Source of the DNA: a virus | DNA length: 64,000 bases | Direction: 5' to 3' (one strand) | IMG/VR virus record: IMGVR_UViG_3300032117_000020 | Shown here: piece after piece, positions 52,728-61,221 of the stretch | How the letters are laid out: the number at the start of each line of letters is the position of its first letter | How positions within the stretch are numbered: the first letter of the stretch is position 1 | Notes under the pieces: model-generated | The model's input: the letters and a program-made list of their open reading frames with translations, nothing else | Databases searched by the model: none | What the model was told of the DNA's origin: nothing | Made by a program: the position numbers and the translations under genes

Positions 52728-52757
52728 AATTCTCAATAAAAATAAAAAAGATAATGA
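52728..52757 (+). promoter_or_regulatory. conserved promoter-like motif with upstream TTAAATTTCTTTAAAATTT hairpin and partial motif copy
   Basis: AAATTCTCAATAAAAATAAAAAAGATAATG; ATG 52761. Confidence 0.5.
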
Positions 52758-52760
52758 AGT

Positions 52761-53072
52761 ATGAAAATTGAGACAGTGGCGGAAAATTGGTTTGAAATCA
52801 TTTCTTCTATCAGGGGGCTGAAAGCCCAGAACGGCATTAAAACTTCTTTGCCCTATATAGTAATGGATGTCACGCCAGAAAAAATTGATGAATTATGTTT
52901 ATTTGATAAATCATTGATAGATATGATGAAATATATGTGTAAAGTTGATGAAATTGTTTTTCGTGACAGCACTGAAAAACCACATATTTATTTCACTTTT
53001 TCATCTTATAAAAATTTTCATGATAAATCCAAATGGGTAGATTATGGAGATGATGTGATTGTGGCAGATTAA
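52761..53072 (+). CDS. hypothetical protein (103 aa)
   Basis: ORF track. Confidence 0.5.
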   Translation: MKIETVAENWFEIISSIRGLKAQNGIKTSLPYIVMDVTPEKIDELCLFDKSLIDMMKYMCKVDEIVFRDSTEKPHIYFTFSSYKNFHDKSKWVDYGDDVIVAD

Positions 53073-53109
53073 ATAAATTTTCCCAATAAAGGGATCAATT
53101 ATCTACGAT

Positions 53110-53139
53110 AATTTCCCAATAAAAATAAAAAGGATAATC
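53110..53139 (+). promoter_or_regulatory. conserved promoter-like motif preceded by partial motif copy and TTATC..GATAA hairpin
   Basis: TAATTTCCCAATAAAAATAAAAAGGATAATC; ATG 53144. Confidence 0.5.
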
Positions 53140-53143
53140 AATT

Positions 53144-53314
53144 ATGAAAAAAAATATGAATTTATTTGAATTGTTTGGAAAGCATAAAGAGGGCTCCATA
53201 TATCGATTTGATGTGTCGATTGACCAGTTAAATGAATGTGGCGCAAACGGCTGGAACTTTGCCTACACCACAAATAATGGTCACACGGTTGTGATGGTAA
53301 GAGAAACACAATGA
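53144..53314 (+). CDS. small hypothetical protein (56 aa)
   Basis: manually read ORF directly after promoter; ATGA overlap with next gene. Confidence 0.4.
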   Translation: MKKNMNLFELFGKHKEGSIYRFDVSIDQLNECGANGWNFAYTTNNGHTVVMVRETQ

Positions 53315-53547
53315 ACAACATTTTAATCTATAGCGTAGGAGATTGGGCCGCGCTTTTCGTAAACGGTGAGATGGTGGGGCAAGATCATAATTTTTATCCA
53401 GAAGATATTGCTGAATTCTGCCCTATTGAACCTATCATTACAGAATATGCATCTACATCATCCGCAGCAAAATTTGCAGCGGCATATGGCAGATTTCCCA
53501 CTGGATTGAGCTATGAAGAAATTAAAGAATTGAAGTTGGAGGATTAA
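53311..53547 (+). CDS. hypothetical protein (78 aa)
   Basis: ORF track. Confidence 0.5.
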   Translation: MNNILIYSVGDWAALFVNGEMVGQDHNFYPEDIAEFCPIEPIITEYASTSSAAKFAAAYGRFPTGLSYEEIKELKLED

Positions 53548-53549
53548 AA

Positions 53550-54125
53550 ATGAATTTGAATAAAATGCTGTCATCAAAACTTGTGGTTGATGAATTTACA
53601 AAATATTTTGGAATGAATGTGGATGAGCAAGAGGCATATAAACGATCAATTAAAGATCGTGAACAGCACTATCATAACCTCCTGAATTATTTAGATAATG
53701 AGCAATTTGTAAAAAACTCAGCTGGCAGCTATTATGCCACCTACAACAAAAATATTGATATCGGCGTCACGTCTCTTCAAATACATGTGATACCGGAAAC
53801 ATTATTAGTTCAGGTTAGAGATGGCAACGAAGGGCGTTGGGCTGACGATTATGAGGGTATTCCTATTTTTCAATATAACTGCTATTTTGAAAACGAAGAA
53901 TATGTGCTAAATGTGTTGCAGAATCTAACTTTTTGTCATAAAAAAATGACAGTGGGTACAATTAAAAATGAAGAACACCAAAAAGAATTCATAGAAATTT
54001 ATACTGGTCCGATTGATATTGATAGGGATTCAATCCAGTATAAATGGATCGTGGCAAATGAGGTTTTTTATGGCGAAGATTTTTTACAATTTACAAATAG
54101 GATTGATATAGAGGAGGTTGTTTAA
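53550..54125 (+). CDS. hypothetical protein (191 aa)
   Basis: ORF track; GGAT-rich sequence upstream. Confidence 0.5.
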   Translation: MNLNKMLSSKLVVDEFTKYFGMNVDEQEAYKRSIKDREQHYHNLLNYLDNEQFVKNSAGSYYATYNKNIDIGVTSLQIHVIPETLLVQVRDGNEGRWADDYEGIPIFQYNCYFENEEYVLNVLQNLTFCHKKMTVGTIKNEEHQKEFIEIYTGPIDIDRDSIQYKWIVANEVFYGEDFLQFTNRIDIEEVV

Positions 54126-54126
54126 T

Positions 54127-54897
54127 ATGGATAGCTATAATCGACAAAACGAAATTTTTCATGCATTTATGTTATACTTTAATACAGATCCGTCCACACA
54201 AAGTGAAATTCAAAAATCTATTGAGCAAAGAGCATCCAATACTCAAAAATTAATTGATTATTTGGAGAATAATGCATATGATCATCTTCCATATGAAGAA
54301 AATACTACAGGTCATACAAAAAATGACTATATGAAAAGATTTAATTATCCATTTAATTATCCCAAATATGCACTTTTTGATGACAATGTAGAAGAAGATT
54401 TAAATGATATTCACCCAGAGGCTTTTAGAAAGGGATTGATAAATGTATTTGTGAATGCCGAATCTTTAATGATGGGATTAGATGGAAGGGGAATGTTTAA
54501 ACCTGGAAGCCGTGGTCTTTTAAATACACGATATCAGAGATTTGAAAATGCCGATAAGTTAATCAACGCTCTGGAGAGTATTGAATTTAAAGAATATAAT
54601 GTTAAATTTACGGCAAAAGACCCTAAGTATGTGGTGGAGGGATTTCCCACAGAGAAAAAGGGCGTAATAGTGAGTTTTAATCATCAGGAAAAAGATAACG
54701 CATATTATTGGAGTATCTTTGATATTGTTTCTGATATTTCAAAGCAGACTAAAAATTATATAGATCCGCATAGTTATCCGACTGCTCTTTTAGTGCAAGA
54801 TCCTGAAAATAGGAAAAATGGCATAGGCTATAATAAGTGGATCTATCAAACTACATTCCATGATAAATTTGAAATGATTTTAGAAGAGGTAGAATAA
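54127..54897 (+). CDS. hypothetical protein (start refined from 54118)
   Basis: ORF track. Confidence 0.5.
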   Translation: MDSYNRQNEIFHAFMLYFNTDPSTQSEIQKSIEQRASNTQKLIDYLENNAYDHLPYEENTTGHTKNDYMKRFNYPFNYPKYALFDDNVEEDLNDIHPEAFRKGLINVFVNAESLMMGLDGRGMFKPGSRGLLNTRYQRFENADKLINALESIEFKEYNVKFTAKDPKYVVEGFPTEKKGVIVSFNHQEKDNAYYWSIFDIVSDISKQTKNYIDPHSYPTALLVQDPENRKNGIGYNKWIYQTTFHDKFEMILEEVE

Positions 54898-55113
54898 ATG
54901 GCATCAAAAAATATTTATATAATTGAAAAGGCACTTCCACAATATCCATATAAATCTTATTGTATGGAAGATATGTCTTTAAACACTGACATCGATTATG
55001 CGCACACATTTAATGATCTTATTGAAATGAGCAAATATTTCGATAAACATAACCTATATCACAGCAAAGATATTACGATTGAGAGGGCAAGAACTTATAT
55101 TAGAAAAATTTAA
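54898..55113 (+). CDS. hypothetical protein (71 aa)
   Basis: ORF track; ATGG overlap. Confidence 0.45.
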   Translation: MASKNIYIIEKALPQYPYKSYCMEDMSLNTDIDYAHTFNDLIEMSKYFDKHNLYHSKDITIERARTYIRKI

Positions 55114-55205
55114 AAAAATAGCCAAGATATATATTGTTTATTTTGGCTGCTTTCTTAGTTTAGTGATCGTATTGAAAATTTTGGACTGTATTTGGAGGTT
55201 AAAAA

Positions 55206-55373
55206 ATGGATAATAACAAATGGCCAGCAATTGCATTTATTGCATTTATTGTTGTGGTTTTCGGTGTACCAATGGTTGGTAATGTGCTAGAATGTAACAG
55301 AAATCATGAGCTGCAAATGAAGGAACTGGATTTAAAGATTCTTCAGGCACAAGCTTTATATAGAGAAAAATGA
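55206..55373 (+). CDS. small membrane protein (55 aa) with GGAGG Shine-Dalgarno 9 nt upstream
   Basis: manually read; TM segment AIAFIAFIVVVFGVPMVG; ATGA overlap with 55370 gene. Confidence 0.45.
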   Translation: MDNNKWPAIAFIAFIVVVFGVPMVGNVLECNRNHELQMKELDLKILQAQALYREK

Positions 55374-55561
55374 TTAATATTTTACCATATGAAGCAACGT
55401 CTCTCACTATTATTGCACAAAATTCCACAGGTTGGACAAAAGAAGATATATCAGAACTTTGCCAAAGTCATGATGCATTAAAAATTGCCTATTGTATGGC
55501 GGGAATTCAATGTTGTGCTAGAAAAGAATTGAGAGATATTGCCGTAGAATTAAAAAATTAG
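55370..55561 (+). CDS. hypothetical protein (63 aa)
   Basis: ORF track. Confidence 0.45.
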   Translation: MINILPYEATSLTIIAQNSTGWTKEDISELCQSHDALKIAYCMAGIQCCARKELRDIAVELKN

Positions 55562-55567
55562 ACCAAG

Positions 55568-55590
55568 TTCCAATAAAATAAAAGGAAAAT
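55568..55590 (+). promoter_or_regulatory. promoter-like motif variant (TTCCAATAAAATAAAAGGAAAAT) upstream of a non-coding region
   Basis: matches core of the conserved motif; no ORF follows for ~270 nt. Confidence 0.4.
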
Positions 55591-55599
55591 CGCGCACAT

Positions 55600-55785
55600 C
55601 TATGCACTGCCTTCGCGAGAGGTACAAGACCGCTGTAAAGAGCATATTAAATGACTAAATGAAAACAAACAATTGAGGATCGCGCAATCTGATAAAGTTT
55701 ATAATTAATTTAGCACCAATAATTTGAATATAGCAGATGGTTTGGTTTGTAGTTTATATCGGTTCGAATCCGTGGCAGTGCGCCA
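55600..55785 (+). ncRNA. candidate tRNA-like / structured ncRNA ending in GGTTCGAATCC T-loop motif and CCA
   Basis: 3' end ...ATCGGTTCGAATCCGTGGCAGTGCG-CCA; 5' GCACTGC (55604-55610) is perfectly complementary to GCAGTGC (55775-55781), forming an acceptor-like stem across ~165 nt; not a canonical cloverleaf. Confidence 0.3.
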
Positions 55786-55827
55786 ATTTTTATAATTTCA
55801 AAATCAATTATCTTCCTTAAGGTTTGA

Positions 55828-55858
55828 TAATTTCCCGATAAAAATAATTCCTATAATA
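55828..55858 (+). promoter_or_regulatory. conserved promoter-like motif with upstream hairpin module (CAATTATCTTCCTTAAGGTTTGATAAT)
   Basis: TAATTTCCCGATAAAAATAATTCCTATAATA; ATG 55863. Confidence 0.55.
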
Positions 55859-55862
55859 ATAT

Positions 55863-56438
55863 ATGACTTTTTTAGGAATTGATTTAGAACTATCGGGACT
55901 TCATGAGGACTCCTGCATCCTCACACTCTATATGTGCGTGTTGGATAAAAACTTTAAAATCTGTGATGAACTTTCTATGGATTTAAAGCCAGAACCCGTC
56001 AATGGAAGATCACAGTATTTGGTGGAGCCGGAGGCAATGAAAATCAACGGTATTGATCTATTATCTCATGATGAGCTTGCAATCACCTACAAGCAATCTA
56101 AAACAATTATTTATCAATGGATTGAAAAAATGAATGCCAAATATGGTCATCTCACACCATTTGGAAACAATATTCAAGGGGATATTGATAAAATATGCAA
56201 ATTCACTATCGCCAAAGAATCTTGGCAAAATCATGTAAACAGAACCGTGATAGAACTCACATCGCTTGGGGCATCGCTTAAATCTCTCGGAAAATTGCCA
56301 CTGGATCAATCATTGTCCATTGAAAATATGGCAATCTATTTTGGCAAGAAAGTTGATAGGCAAAGGCTTCATACCGCAAATTATGATGTGGAACTGGGCG
56401 CATATATTCTAAAGAATTATTTGGAGATGATGAATTAA
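55863..56438 (+). CDS. DEDDh 3'-5' exonuclease (oligoribonuclease/RNase T-like)
   Basis: FLGIDLELSGL (exo I, D-x-E), HTANYDV (exo III, H..D). Confidence 0.7.
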   Translation: MTFLGIDLELSGLHEDSCILTLYMCVLDKNFKICDELSMDLKPEPVNGRSQYLVEPEAMKINGIDLLSHDELAITYKQSKTIIYQWIEKMNAKYGHLTPFGNNIQGDIDKICKFTIAKESWQNHVNRTVIELTSLGASLKSLGKLPLDQSLSIENMAIYFGKKVDRQRLHTANYDVELGAYILKNYLEMMN

Positions 56439-56452
56439 ATTAAAAGAAAATT

Positions 56453-56632
56453 ATGATCACACTTATTATTGTTATTATACTCTGGATTGCTTGTGGATTG
56501 ACCTCAAGATATCTTCAGAAAATCTATCTGCCTAATTCAAATGACGAAGGCATCACACTGGCGGACGACATTACAATGGGTCCATTCGCATTTTTAATCG
56601 TATTGTTTGCAATTATCGACAGGGAAAATTAA
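56453..56632 (+). CDS. small membrane protein (59 aa)
   Basis: manually read ORF; MITLIIVIILWIACGL TM helix. Confidence 0.4.
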   Translation: MITLIIVIILWIACGLTSRYLQKIYLPNSNDEGITLADDITMGPFAFLIVLFAIIDREN

Positions 56633-56663
56633 TTTTTTCTCATCTAAATTAAAATCTATAATA
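56631..56663 (+). promoter_or_regulatory. conserved promoter-like motif (variant)
   Basis: AATTTTTTCTCATCTAAATTAAAATCTATAATA; ATG 56668. Confidence 0.45.
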
Positions 56664-56667
56664 AATC

Positions 56668-56958
56668 ATGAATATGAATATTTATCTTTCTGCCTGTTTG
56701 ATTTTGCTAGTTGTAATGCATGTGGTATTTATGCGCATTGCTGTGAGAAAAACAGACCTTGACTGGGCTGTATTTGCAAAACTCGCTTATTGGGCGTATG
56801 TGGCGCTGGTTGCGCTGAATCTTAACCATTTTAACAATAATTACGCCGTAGGTGTTGTTGTAGGATTATTGATTTGGATCTATTGCGATATGCAAAACAC
56901 TATTTATGATATTGAAGATGTGATTTATGATGCTCAACAGAAGGAGAAAAATCTATGA
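56668..56958 (+). CDS. membrane protein (96 aa)
   Basis: ORF track; hydrophobic. Confidence 0.5.
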   Translation: MNMNIYLSACLILLVVMHVVFMRIAVRKTDLDWAVFAKLAYWAYVALVALNLNHFNNNYAVGVVVGLLIWIYCDMQNTIYDIEDVIYDAQQKEKNL

Positions 56959-57269
56959 AACAATTGACATTAGATTTGGCAAGCGATCTTCCGATTGGAA
57001 AATCAAGATTCGCACCGCGCACTGTCTATGATTTTTATATTGATATTGATGGAAAGGAATATGATCTTGGATTACTTTGGTCAATTATGGAAGATGAAGA
57101 TGAGTATGACCTTCGCGATACTGAAATCGGAGAAATGTTGCTGAAACTTGATGTGTTTGAGTGCCTGAACACTGCTCTTTCTTCTCCAGAGCCAGGTCCA
57201 AATTTTGAAAAATTCAAACAAATTATTGATGATCAAATGGAGAGTATGCGTTTAGCTATTAAAGACTAA
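56955..57269 (+). CDS. hypothetical acidic protein (104 aa)
   Basis: ORF track; ATGA overlap. Confidence 0.5.
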   Translation: MKQLTLDLASDLPIGKSRFAPRTVYDFYIDIDGKEYDLGLLWSIMEDEDEYDLRDTEIGEMLLKLDVFECLNTALSSPEPGPNFEKFKQIIDDQMESMRLAIKD

Positions 57270-57270
57270 A

Positions 57271-57765
57271 ATGATGACTTCTGACCAATTTTTAAATCTA
57301 GTAAGATTATCTTTCTGTGTTGTGGGTATGTTTTCCACAGTTTTTGGATTGATGTGGCTTTTTCAAAATCGCGATACCAACACATACAGACTTTCTCTGA
57401 AATGTATGGAAAGGTTTCGATTGGCTCTGGTCGATGCCACAGAGAACAAAAGATATTACATTATGCCTATTTATAAAAATCAAAATTATGCACTTATCGG
57501 CTATACTTTGGCAGAAATTATTGTTAAACCCATATTTTATAGTAGTTTCCGCGATGGTAATGTCAAATATTATTCTGAGGAAGACTCTTGGACAATATCA
57601 ATTAAAGATGCTTTGAAATGTGGATTTTTAAATGTTGATGATGTGGTTATTGAGAATAAGCATAAACCCATGAAAATTATTGAACAATCTGAATATGATT
57701 CATTGATTGCCATTAAAAAAGAGTATGATTCTGCAATGTCAGAAATAATTTCTCCATTAAATTAA
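57271..57765 (+). CDS. hypothetical protein with N-terminal TM segment (164 aa)
   Basis: ORF track. Confidence 0.5.
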   Translation: MMTSDQFLNLVRLSFCVVGMFSTVFGLMWLFQNRDTNTYRLSLKCMERFRLALVDATENKRYYIMPIYKNQNYALIGYTLAEIIVKPIFYSSFRDGNVKYYSEEDSWTISIKDALKCGFLNVDDVVIENKHKPMKIIEQSEYDSLIAIKKEYDSAMSEIISPLN

Positions 57766-57780
57766 TTTTCATAATAAATC

Positions 57781-58221
57781 ATGATTTTCAATATTTTGAG
57801 AGGAATTTTCAGCATCATTGGTGTACTGGCCGTTGCTTTATTTTTGATGATTTGTTTCAATGATTTTCTAAGCAATCTTGATGTAGGAATTGATTGGACA
57901 GCCACATCAACTATTGAAGATTCAGAAGAGCGTGAATTTTTGGGCACGTTTGATGATGTCAGAAATGTACCTGTGTTGAGAGGTGAAATTTTCTTAAATA
58001 ATGGTAAAAATTATTTTTGGATGGCGAATCTGGAAATTAAACTCTCTGGACTTTCTGAAGTTCTGGCGCTGATTAAGAAATATGATAGTTTGAGCGACAA
58101 TGAAATTCAAGAAAAACTTGAACATAAATTGAGATTTGCTTTAGAAGAATCTGAAAAAGATGCTTATAATCTAAATTATGTGCTGAACTGTGGGCATAAT
58201 TACAAAGATGCATGGAGATAA
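57781..58221 (+). CDS. hypothetical protein with N-terminal TM segment (146 aa)
   Basis: ORF track; degenerate promoter motif upstream. Confidence 0.5.
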   Translation: MIFNILRGIFSIIGVLAVALFLMICFNDFLSNLDVGIDWTATSTIEDSEEREFLGTFDDVRNVPVLRGEIFLNNGKNYFWMANLEIKLSGLSEVLALIKKYDSLSDNEIQEKLEHKLRFALEESEKDAYNLNYVLNCGHNYKDAWR

Positions 58222-58224
58222 ACA

Positions 58225-58614
58225 ATGGTTAAAAAAGAAGATCTTATTAAAGAAATTTTGGAGTCATGTGTGCCAGATTGGATTTATGATCTAAATCCTG
58301 GTGATAAAATACTACATTGGCCATATCAGGGCTCATGGACTCCACCCGGCACGAGGCAGTGGTATGTGGTAAAATTTATTTGCGTGAGTGGAAAGAAAAT
58401 CTGGTATCAAAGTCCAAGGCATCTTGACACAGGAGCGGAATTTTCATATGAACTCTGGTCAGATAGAGTCGCGCCATTTTCAAACTTTGATTCTTTTGAA
58501 GAATATCTATGGAAGAAAAGAGAAGAATTTATTGATTGTATGGAAGATTGGAATTTATCGGAAGAAGAAAGAAAGAGATACGAGGATATTCAAAACAAGG
58601 ATAATAAAGTATGA
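58225..58614 (+). CDS. hypothetical protein (129 aa)
   Basis: ORF track. Confidence 0.5.
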   Translation: MVKKEDLIKEILESCVPDWIYDLNPGDKILHWPYQGSWTPPGTRQWYVVKFICVSGKKIWYQSPRHLDTGAEFSYELWSDRVAPFSNFDSFEEYLWKKREEFIDCMEDWNLSEEERKRYEDIQNKDNKV

Positions 58615-59390
58615 ATTTTGAACTCAATACAAACATTTCGCCTGATCAGAAACTATATAAAATATTGGTGAATGGAAAATCATGTCATGGCGGAGATATG
58701 CTGTGGTCATTGCCAACGGCAAATGGACCAGGAAATTGGCATGCCATTGAAGATAATCCTCAGTTATGCATAAAGGGTTTTCATTTAACTCAGAATGTGT
58801 TAGAATGGTATAAAAAAGGTTGTGATGTCTATGAGGCCGAGATTGCCGAATATGCCTCTTTAACAAAATATGATGCAAATGATCATAAAATTGCCGTAAA
58901 TAAATGCAGATTGGTGAGAAAATTGTCTGATGCCGAACTTAATGATTTAGGGATTGTGAGGGCAGGATTTTTCAGAGATGTTCTGCGCGATCAAACAGTC
59001 ATTTTAGATGGTGGCACTATTTTTAATTGTTATGGCACAGTGAAATTGATGTATGATGGAGTTATTGAGCGCTTTGTGAGCAATGCCCACATCAACCTAA
59101 TGTATGGTGGTGTTATCAATATTTTCTATAATGGTGTTGTTGATGGATGTTATGGTGGTACAATTGACCTTATGTATCAGGGGTTTTTTCGTGTTATGCG
59201 AGGTGGAATTATTAAGCGACTAGTAGGAGGAACTATAAATGCGGTTAGAAATGCTACAATTGAAGAGATGGATGGCAATTATGCCACAGCAATTGTGTAC
59301 GAAGGCGACCTACCACCTTCGGTGAAGGGTGCTGCTGTGGTGATTGATAGGCGAAAATTCCGAGCCCCAGAGATAATCTTGGGTGATTAA
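58611..59390 (+). CDS. protein with C-terminal short Gly-rich repeats (MYGGVINIFYNGVVDGCYGGTIDLMYQGFF...), beta-helix-like
   Basis: ORF track; ~12-residue repeats visible by eye. Confidence 0.5.
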   Translation: MNFELNTNISPDQKLYKILVNGKSCHGGDMLWSLPTANGPGNWHAIEDNPQLCIKGFHLTQNVLEWYKKGCDVYEAEIAEYASLTKYDANDHKIAVNKCRLVRKLSDAELNDLGIVRAGFFRDVLRDQTVILDGGTIFNCYGTVKLMYDGVIERFVSNAHINLMYGGVINIFYNGVVDGCYGGTIDLMYQGFFRVMRGGIIKRLVGGTINAVRNATIEEMDGNYATAIVYEGDLPPSVKGAAVVIDRRKFRAPEIILGD

Positions 59391-59417
59391 TTTCTCAATA
59401 AAGTTCAAATTTCTTTG

Positions 59418-59449
59418 AAATTTTCCCAACAAAAATAAAAAGGATAATA
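59418..59449 (+). promoter_or_regulatory. conserved promoter-like motif with upstream GTTCAAATTTCTTTGAAAT hairpin and partial motif copy
   Basis: AAATTTTCCCAACAAAAATAAAAAGGATAATA; ATG 59455. Confidence 0.55.
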
Positions 59450-59454
59450 CAAAT

Positions 59455-59931
59455 ATGAACACTACAATTTATGACGAAAGAGTGCCAAAGGGTGTGATAG
59501 ATATTGTGGGCGATGTTCCGTGTGAATATATTCTCCACTATAACACAGTACATTGGCGAAATTCGGTTTTTCTTGATGAACGAAAACCGAAGTTAAAATC
59601 AGAGATTTGGAAAACAGAATATATGTCAGACAACTTTGAAGCCACATATTTAATAATGAATCAAATCAAAAACGATCCAAATTTTATTTCTGCGAGTATC
59701 GATGGAAATTGCATCAACGTTAAATACAAATATGTTCCTACGAAATTAGATATGGCAAAGTATGAGCTAGCACTCTCGCAGTACAATGATGCTGCGGAAA
59801 AGTTTAAAAAACTCACCAAATTCATTGTTGGTTGGAGTAATAGTCCTGAGAATTTGGATTATGAAGCAAAATATTTTGAATTGAAAGCAAAATACGACAG
59901 TATTACAAAAACGCTAAAGGATTTGAAATAG
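59455..59931 (+). CDS. hypothetical protein (158 aa)
   Basis: ORF track. Confidence 0.5.
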   Translation: MNTTIYDERVPKGVIDIVGDVPCEYILHYNTVHWRNSVFLDERKPKLKSEIWKTEYMSDNFEATYLIMNQIKNDPNFISASIDGNCINVKYKYVPTKLDMAKYELALSQYNDAAEKFKKLTKFIVGWSNSPENLDYEAKYFELKAKYDSITKTLKDLK

Positions 59932-59933
59932 AG

Positions 59934-60101
59934 ATGTTGGTAAAAGAATTAATTGATGAACTGAGCAAATATCCTCAAGATATGAATGTGGCAATTGTTG
60001 ACCAGGTGGGCTTAGTAGATATCCTAAAAATTATTCAAGATTTTAATCATAGAAATAATACACCATATGTTATGTTGCATCGCGATAAAGAATTGGATTA
60101 A
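59934..60101 (+). CDS. small hypothetical protein (55 aa)
   Basis: manually read ORF, 2 nt after upstream stop. Confidence 0.3.
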   Translation: MLVKELIDELSKYPQDMNVAIVDQVGLVDILKIIQDFNHRNNTPYVMLHRDKELD

Positions 60102-60244
60102 TGCAATGAAAAATGAGAAAAAGAAAAGAAAGTTGGCATTGAAAGAAGCGAGAAAACATCCACTCATAATGTTTGAAGGTATTTATCCAGGTGCCACTAA
60201 CTCTAAAAACAAATTTAAAAAGCATCCATATTAATGGAGATACA

Positions 60245-60553
60245 ATGACAGAAGAAAATTTTATTTATGAAGTAGTTGAGCGCTGGAAGGTTTTTGATCA
60301 GGAGGCAGAATCCAAAGATCTTGTAGACGATGATTATGTGGCAAAATACCAATCGCTGGTTGTCGAACTTCAGACATTGCTTGTGGATTTTGACAACAAT
60401 CAAATTTGGAAAATGTACAATGATGCTGCCATTCCTGATGACTATGATGGGTGCCATTCTGATGAGGGCTCACTTACTTATGCAGTTTTAACTAAAGAAA
60501 TGGAAGATCGCTTAAAGAAATGTGGATTTTTATCACAGGAAATTTCCCAATAA
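60245..60553 (+). CDS. hypothetical acidic protein (track ORF 60173..60553; ATG 60245 preferred)
   Basis: track start is TTG; first ATG at 60245. Confidence 0.45.
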   Translation: MTEENFIYEVVERWKVFDQEAESKDLVDDDYVAKYQSLVVELQTLLVDFDNNQIWKMYNDAAIPDDYDGCHSDEGSLTYAVLTKEMEDRLKKCGFLSQEISQ

Positions 60554-60569
60554 ACATAATTTCCATAAT
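60540..60569 (+). promoter_or_regulatory. conserved promoter-like motif overlapping last codons of upstream CDS
   Basis: GAAATTTCCCAATAAACATAATTTCCATAATA encodes ...EISQ*; ATG 60575. Confidence 0.5.
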
Positions 60570-60574
60570 AACAC

Positions 60575-60805
60575 ATGAATTTAAAAGAATATCTGGATGA
60601 TCTTTTCGGAATTGATTGTTTTGAAATTAATGAAAGAGAGGTTTTTGATGATGAATTTTATGCTGTGATTTTCGACAGCAGAAATTCATTTGATACTTTT
60701 CTAGAATCTCTTGAACTCAATCTGCACCTAAAACAGTACATTATTGATATTGGATATTCAGATTGTGTGGTACATATAGAAAAGAATTTTAAAGGAGAGC
60801 TATGA
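60575..60805 (+). CDS. hypothetical protein (76 aa)
   Basis: ORF track. Confidence 0.5.
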   Translation: MNLKEYLDDLFGIDCFEINEREVFDDEFYAVIFDSRNSFDTFLESLELNLHLKQYIIDIGYSDCVVHIEKNFKGEL

Positions 60806-61158
60806 ACATTACACTAAAGCCAGGCGAAACACTTGCGATCTCGGCATCTCAAACCGCATCTCAAAAAGAAGATTATCGAGAGTATATGAACGTGGATGGT
60901 GAAAAAATCTATGTTGCTAATTATTGTAGGAGACTCATTTCTTCGACCAATAGGACCTGGCGACCTCTTTCATATGAGGAAGCAACCTATAACACCAGCG
61001 TAGAGATTAATCTAGAAGAAGATGTTTGGCTTGGCCAAATCAACATCAAAGAATGTGCGATCATGTTCATGGTGGATTTAGATCGATGGGGATGCACAGA
61101 ATTCGTGCCAGATGACTTTGTGAAGGATTATCTTAAATCAAAAAACGCCTGGAAATAA
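60802..61158 (+). CDS. hypothetical protein (118 aa)
   Basis: ORF track; ATGA overlap. Confidence 0.5.
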   Translation: MNITLKPGETLAISASQTASQKEDYREYMNVDGEKIYVANYCRRLISSTNRTWRPLSYEEATYNTSVEINLEEDVWLGQINIKECAIMFMVDLDRWGCTEFVPDDFVKDYLKSKNAWK

Positions 61159-61185
61159 TTTCCCAATTCAGGGCTCAAATCTTTC

Positions 61186-61217
61186 AGATTTTCCCAATAA
61201 AGATAATTTCTATAATA
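61186..61217 (+). promoter_or_regulatory. conserved promoter-like motif with upstream AAATCTTTCAGATTT hairpin and partial motif copy
   Basis: AGATTTTCCCAATAAAGATAATTTCTATAATA; ATG 61222. Confidence 0.5.
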
Positions 61218-61221
61218 ACAT

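Noticed and set aside
55246-55428. Minus-strand ORF 55246..55428
   Set aside because: A + strand 55-aa ORF with GGAGG RBS, a TM helix and ATGA coupling to the next gene explains the region better.
55700-55785. Canonical tRNA gene at the GGTTCGAATCC/CCA site
   Set aside because: The T-stem has only 3 clean base pairs. The complementary 5' acceptor strand is ~165 nt upstream. D and anticodon arms could not be folded. Kept only as a tRNA-like ncRNA candidate.
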